64,000 nt of DNA from Rhodothermaceae bacterium (GTDB lineage: Bacteria > Bacteroidota > Rhodothermia > Rhodothermales > Bin80), in the NCBI GenBank assembly GCA_009838195.1, contig VXSC01000042.1:8196-72195 (forward strand). Direction: 5' to 3'. Both the position numbers and the translations under genes were made by a program. Within the stretch, counting starts at the first letter, position 1. The number at the start of each line of letters is the position of its first letter. Shown piece by piece: positions 61,164-64,000 of the stretch. Below the pieces are notes generated by a model that did no database searches, was not told the DNA's origin, and worked only from the letters and a program-made list of their open reading frames with translations.

Positions 61164-61811
61164 CTAATAATGGCAGGCGCTGCAATTCGTTGGTGGGCGA
61201 ATACCTTCCTGTTTGATTCGGTTCAAATTATCTTCCAAGAATCCGGCACTGTGTACGTAGCCCATCGTAGTGATTTCTTCATTTGGTCGGAGGTACTTCT
61301 CCGGTTCCCGGTGACATTCAAGGCACCACCCCATGGAGAGCGGCTCCTCAAGACGTACCACATCCATCTGATCAATTCTGCCATGACAGGTCTCACAGCC
61401 GACCCCGTTGTTTACATGCGCCGCGTGGCTGAACTGGGCATAATCTGGTAGTTGATGGACCTTGACCCATGGGATTGATGAATTGTCTGCCCAACTGGCT
61501 CGCACTGGTGCGAGGTCTGTGCTTTGTGGAAGAACAATTTCGTGACAATTCATGCAGGTTTCCGTTGCCGGCACGTTTGAGACATCGGCTACTTCCACAA
61601 AGTTGTGACAATACCGACAATCAAGCCCCAACTGATCTACATGGACACGATGGCTGTAAGGTACAGGTTGCTCAGGTGCGTAGCCGACATCCGTGTACTC
61701 GGGTGAGAAATAATACCACACCAAAAATACCACAACGATACCGCTTCCAAGCATTGCACCCAGAGACAGGTGCGGAAGCGTGTTGGATTTCCTCGGAAAA
61801 ATTTGGGGCAT
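61164..61811 (-). CDS. actA: Alternative complex III subunit ActA (membrane-anchored pentaheme cytochrome c)
   Basis: 215 aa with an N-terminal TM anchor. It has five CxxCH sites (CRYCH, CMNCH, CETCH, CLECH, CSACH). Confidence 0.85.
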   Translation of the reverse strand: MPQIFPRKSNTLPHLSLGAMLGSGIVVVFLVWYYFSPEYTDVGYAPEQPVPYSHRVHVDQLGLDCRYCHNFVEVADVSNVPATETCMNCHEIVLPQSTDLAPVRASWADNSSIPWVKVHQLPDYAQFSHAAHVNNGVGCETCHGRIDQMDVVRLEEPLSMGWCLECHREPEKYLRPNEEITTMGYVHSAGFLEDNLNRIKQEGIRPPTNCSACHY

Positions 61812-61927
61812 TGAAGGGTAGAGCGTTCCAGCCGCAGCGAATTTACGACATTATTCTAAATTTTAGGCCGTATTCTCGGATTCTATTTAGTAATTCAACA
61901 AATCTTCACAATAAATCAACCGAAATT

Positions 61928-63310
61928 TCAATTGGGAAGAGAGCTGCCGGTTTTCAACCGGTTGGTCATCCGGACAAACCGGTGCGTGAACATGATAGAG
62001 GCGGCTATCAGGCCAATAACAAGCCCCCACCAGAATCCCTCCGGCCCCATCCCTAGACCGAACCCGAGTCCAAGGCCAGTTGGCATGCCAATCAGCCAGT
62101 AGGCAATAAATCCCATCACCATCGGGATACGTGTGTCCTTCAGGCCTCTTAGTGCTCCCAGTGCAGTGGCTTGTAGTCCATCAAAGAGCTGAAAAAGTGC
62201 TGCAATACCAAGTAAGCTAACCACTTGTAAGATGGTTGGGATATTGGTCGGATCACTCGTGTCCAGATAGATACTGACAATGAAATTCGGAACAAGCAAA
62301 AACAGGAGTGCTGTACAAGACATAAAGATGAGGGATAAGGCCATGCCCGCGTATCCTGAAATTGCCGCGGCAGAAAAATCCTTGGCCCCAATATTTTGGC
62401 CTACCCGGACGGAGGTCGCAAGACCAATCCCCAGCGGCACCATATAGGCGATCGCAGCGCATTGAATGGCAATTTGATGGGCAGCAATCGGGACTGCTCC
62501 ATAGGTGCCAATCAAAAAGGCGGTTGCACTGAAAAGGGTCACTTCAAGCCCAATGGATCCTCCGATTGGAAATCCCACACGCAGCAGTTCGCGAAAATAG
62601 CCGAAGTCGGGGGTTCGAAGCTTCCGCAGGACTCCGTAGGAGCGATAGGGATGCTGAAAGGCAACATACAGGGCAATGCAAGTAAACATAAACCAGTGGA
62701 CAATACAGGTTGCCCATCCAGTTCCAGTGAGTCCAAGACGGGGGAGGCCAAAATTGCCGAACATCAGCCCGTAGTTCGCTCCAATATTCAGTAGGATACC
62801 CATCAAAATGATGATTGTAATGGGCAGCGGTCGAGCAATTGCTTCCACAAAATTGCGCAGTGCATTGAACCACATAAAGGGGAGGTATCCCCACATTGCG
62901 GCTTGCAGATATCCTTCGGCATAGTCCATTGTGGCCGCATCCTGCTGCATGAGGATCCATGGCAATTTTGCATTCCACATGATCAGTAATACAGGAAGGG
63001 ACAGAAGAGTGGCCAGCCAGAGTGCCTGTCGTGTAGTGCGTCCAATGGGATCGTGCTTTCCAGCACCGTACGCCTGTGAAACCATCGGTCCCACGGCCAA
63101 CAGGATTCCGATTCCGATCAGGGCAAACAGGAAATAGGTGGCGTTGCCGAGAGCTACTCCAGCGAGTTCCGGTGATCCCAGGCGGCCTACCATCATCACG
63201 TCAACAAACCCGTTACTGATTTGTCCTAGCTGGGTCGCGACGATTGGGATCGAAAGGAGTGAGACCCGGCGGGACTCATTCCAGATGCTATGACTTTGGT
63301 GACTGCTCAC
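61928..63310 (-). CDS. MATE-family multidrug/toxic-compound efflux transporter
   Basis: 460 aa with about 12 TM helices. The N-terminus is NorM-like (LSIPIVATQLGQISNGFVDVMMVGRLG). Confidence 0.88.
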   Translation of the reverse strand: MSSHQSHSIWNESRRVSLLSIPIVATQLGQISNGFVDVMMVGRLGSPELAGVALGNATYFLFALIGIGILLAVGPMVSQAYGAGKHDPIGRTTRQALWLATLLSLPVLLIMWNAKLPWILMQQDAATMDYAEGYLQAAMWGYLPFMWFNALRNFVEAIARPLPITIIILMGILLNIGANYGLMFGNFGLPRLGLTGTGWATCIVHWFMFTCIALYVAFQHPYRSYGVLRKLRTPDFGYFRELLRVGFPIGGSIGLEVTLFSATAFLIGTYGAVPIAAHQIAIQCAAIAYMVPLGIGLATSVRVGQNIGAKDFSAAAISGYAGMALSLIFMSCTALLFLLVPNFIVSIYLDTSDPTNIPTILQVVSLLGIAALFQLFDGLQATALGALRGLKDTRIPMVMGFIAYWLIGMPTGLGLGFGLGMGPEGFWWGLVIGLIAASIMFTHRFVRMTNRLKTGSSLPN

Positions 63311-63388
63311 GGGGTTTAAATTTTATTCGCTGTGGATCATGCATCCGTCAGTAGAAGTTTATAGGGCAGCGTAACTGACCACCAGCCA

Positions 63389-64000
63389 ATGCAGCTATTA
63401 CTCATCGGATTACTCATACAGGTAAGTTTTCAGACGCCTCTTCCCGAGCGTGTTGAAATTTCGCCGGGATCGGCCTCTCTAAAAGTAGGTGAGACTACGA
63501 ATTTTTCGGCAAAAGCATATGATGCAGATGACGAAGCGGTCACGGGATTAGAGACCAGGTGGCATATTGCCGAGTCAGGAATTGCGACGATTGATGAGAG
63601 CGGAGCAGTTCGGGGTTTGGCTCCCGGTAGCGCGGTTGTCGTTGCGATCATGGGAGGAAAGCCAGGATATGCAGAGATTACCGTTGAGAAAGGTGGCGGT
63701 ACAGAACTTGTTGCCAGCGTACCGGTCTCTCCAATACTCTCGGGGACTAGCGTGCCCATTGAAGTGGGAGTAAATGGCTCAATTCCGGAGGGCCGTATTC
63801 GATTTCTCAGTAGTAATGTTACAGTTGCAACGGTGGACCGGGACGGTCGTATTCATGCGAAGAGTCCAGGTTCATTCACGCTGACGATTCGGACGGCTGG
63901 CGCAACGGCTTCCATGGGCCTAGAGGTTGTACCGAATCCCGTGGTCTCCTATCAGATTGCACAAAATCGATATATCGTGAGACAGGGAGATGTTGTACGT
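63389..64000 (+). CDS. Secreted protein with bacterial Ig-like (Big_2-type) repeats, 3'-truncated by the window edge
   Basis: This ORF is not in the supplied track because it runs off the end, so I translated it by hand. The ATG at 63389 follows an in-frame TAG at 63362. The product starts MQLLLIGLLIQVSFQ... The first Ig-like unit is VEISPGSASLKVGETTNFSAKAYDADDEAV...IATIDESGAVRGLAPGSAVVVA. A second unit reads VATVDRDGRIHAKSPGSFTLTI. Confidence 0.65.
   Translation, partial: MQLLLIGLLIQVSFQTPLPERVEISPGSASLKVGETTNFSAKAYDADDEAVTGLETRWHIAESGIATIDESGAVRGLAPGSAVVVAIMGGKPGYAEITVEKGGGTELVASVPVSPILSGTSVPIEVGVNGSIPEGRIRFLSSNVTVATVDRDGRIHAKSPGSFTLTIRTAGATASMGLEVVPNPVVSYQIAQNRYIVRQGDVVR

Noticed and set aside
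63430-63759. 109-aa minus-strand ORF near the window end
   Set aside because: It is antisense to a longer open frame (63389 to the window end) that encodes recognisable Big_2-like Ig repeats. The plus-strand frame is the better explanation.

Overview
This is a chromosomal window of about 50% GC (spot counts only). It looks like an aerobic FCB-superphylum bacterium (Bacteroidota/Rhodothermota/Balneolota-like). That inference rests on T9SS C-terminal sorting domains, a PorV/PorQ-like barrel, Bacteroidota-type CcmD/CcmE and an ACIII + caa3 respiratory cluster. I count roughly 57 coding genes and one tRNA-Arg(ACG), with no rRNA and no CRISPR array. The backbone holds fused B12 mutase IcmF, ApaG, KorAB 2-oxoacid:ferredoxin oxidoreductase, an atypical Nramp-like transporter, TatC, GlyA, murB-ccmBCDE, an SPFH protein, class I aldolase FbaB, KdgK/DASS/XylB, tsaE-tsaB-tsaD and photolyase. 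It also holds a 12-gene actABCDEF(G)-sco-ctaCDE-coxIV operon (61.8 to 49.3 kb, minus strand). Four patches are accessory or unusual. (i) 17.9-26.8 kb is a five-gene operon: TonB-dependent transporter, FN3+CTD secreted protein, PorV-like barrel, IPT/propeller lipoprotein, propeller T9SS cargo, with no SusD partner. This is my best candidate for an undescribed surface capture/import module. (ii) 26.8-28.7 kb is a decay zone with a stop-containing paralogue stub, an inverted orphan T9SS CTD fragment, a truncated and frameshifted IS21 istB, and IS-end tandem repeats. (iii) 28.8-35.1 kb holds three tandem secreted amidohydrolase paralogues, of which only the middle one keeps the HxH metal motif, preceded by a two-domain AAA+ ATPase. 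(iv) 37.6-39.3 kb holds tRNA-Arg plus a degenerate direct repeat of its 3' half, bracketing a GC-richer PQQ-dependent sugar dehydrogenase (a likely relic integration site). All functional calls come from motif recognition by eye, since no database search or folding could be run.
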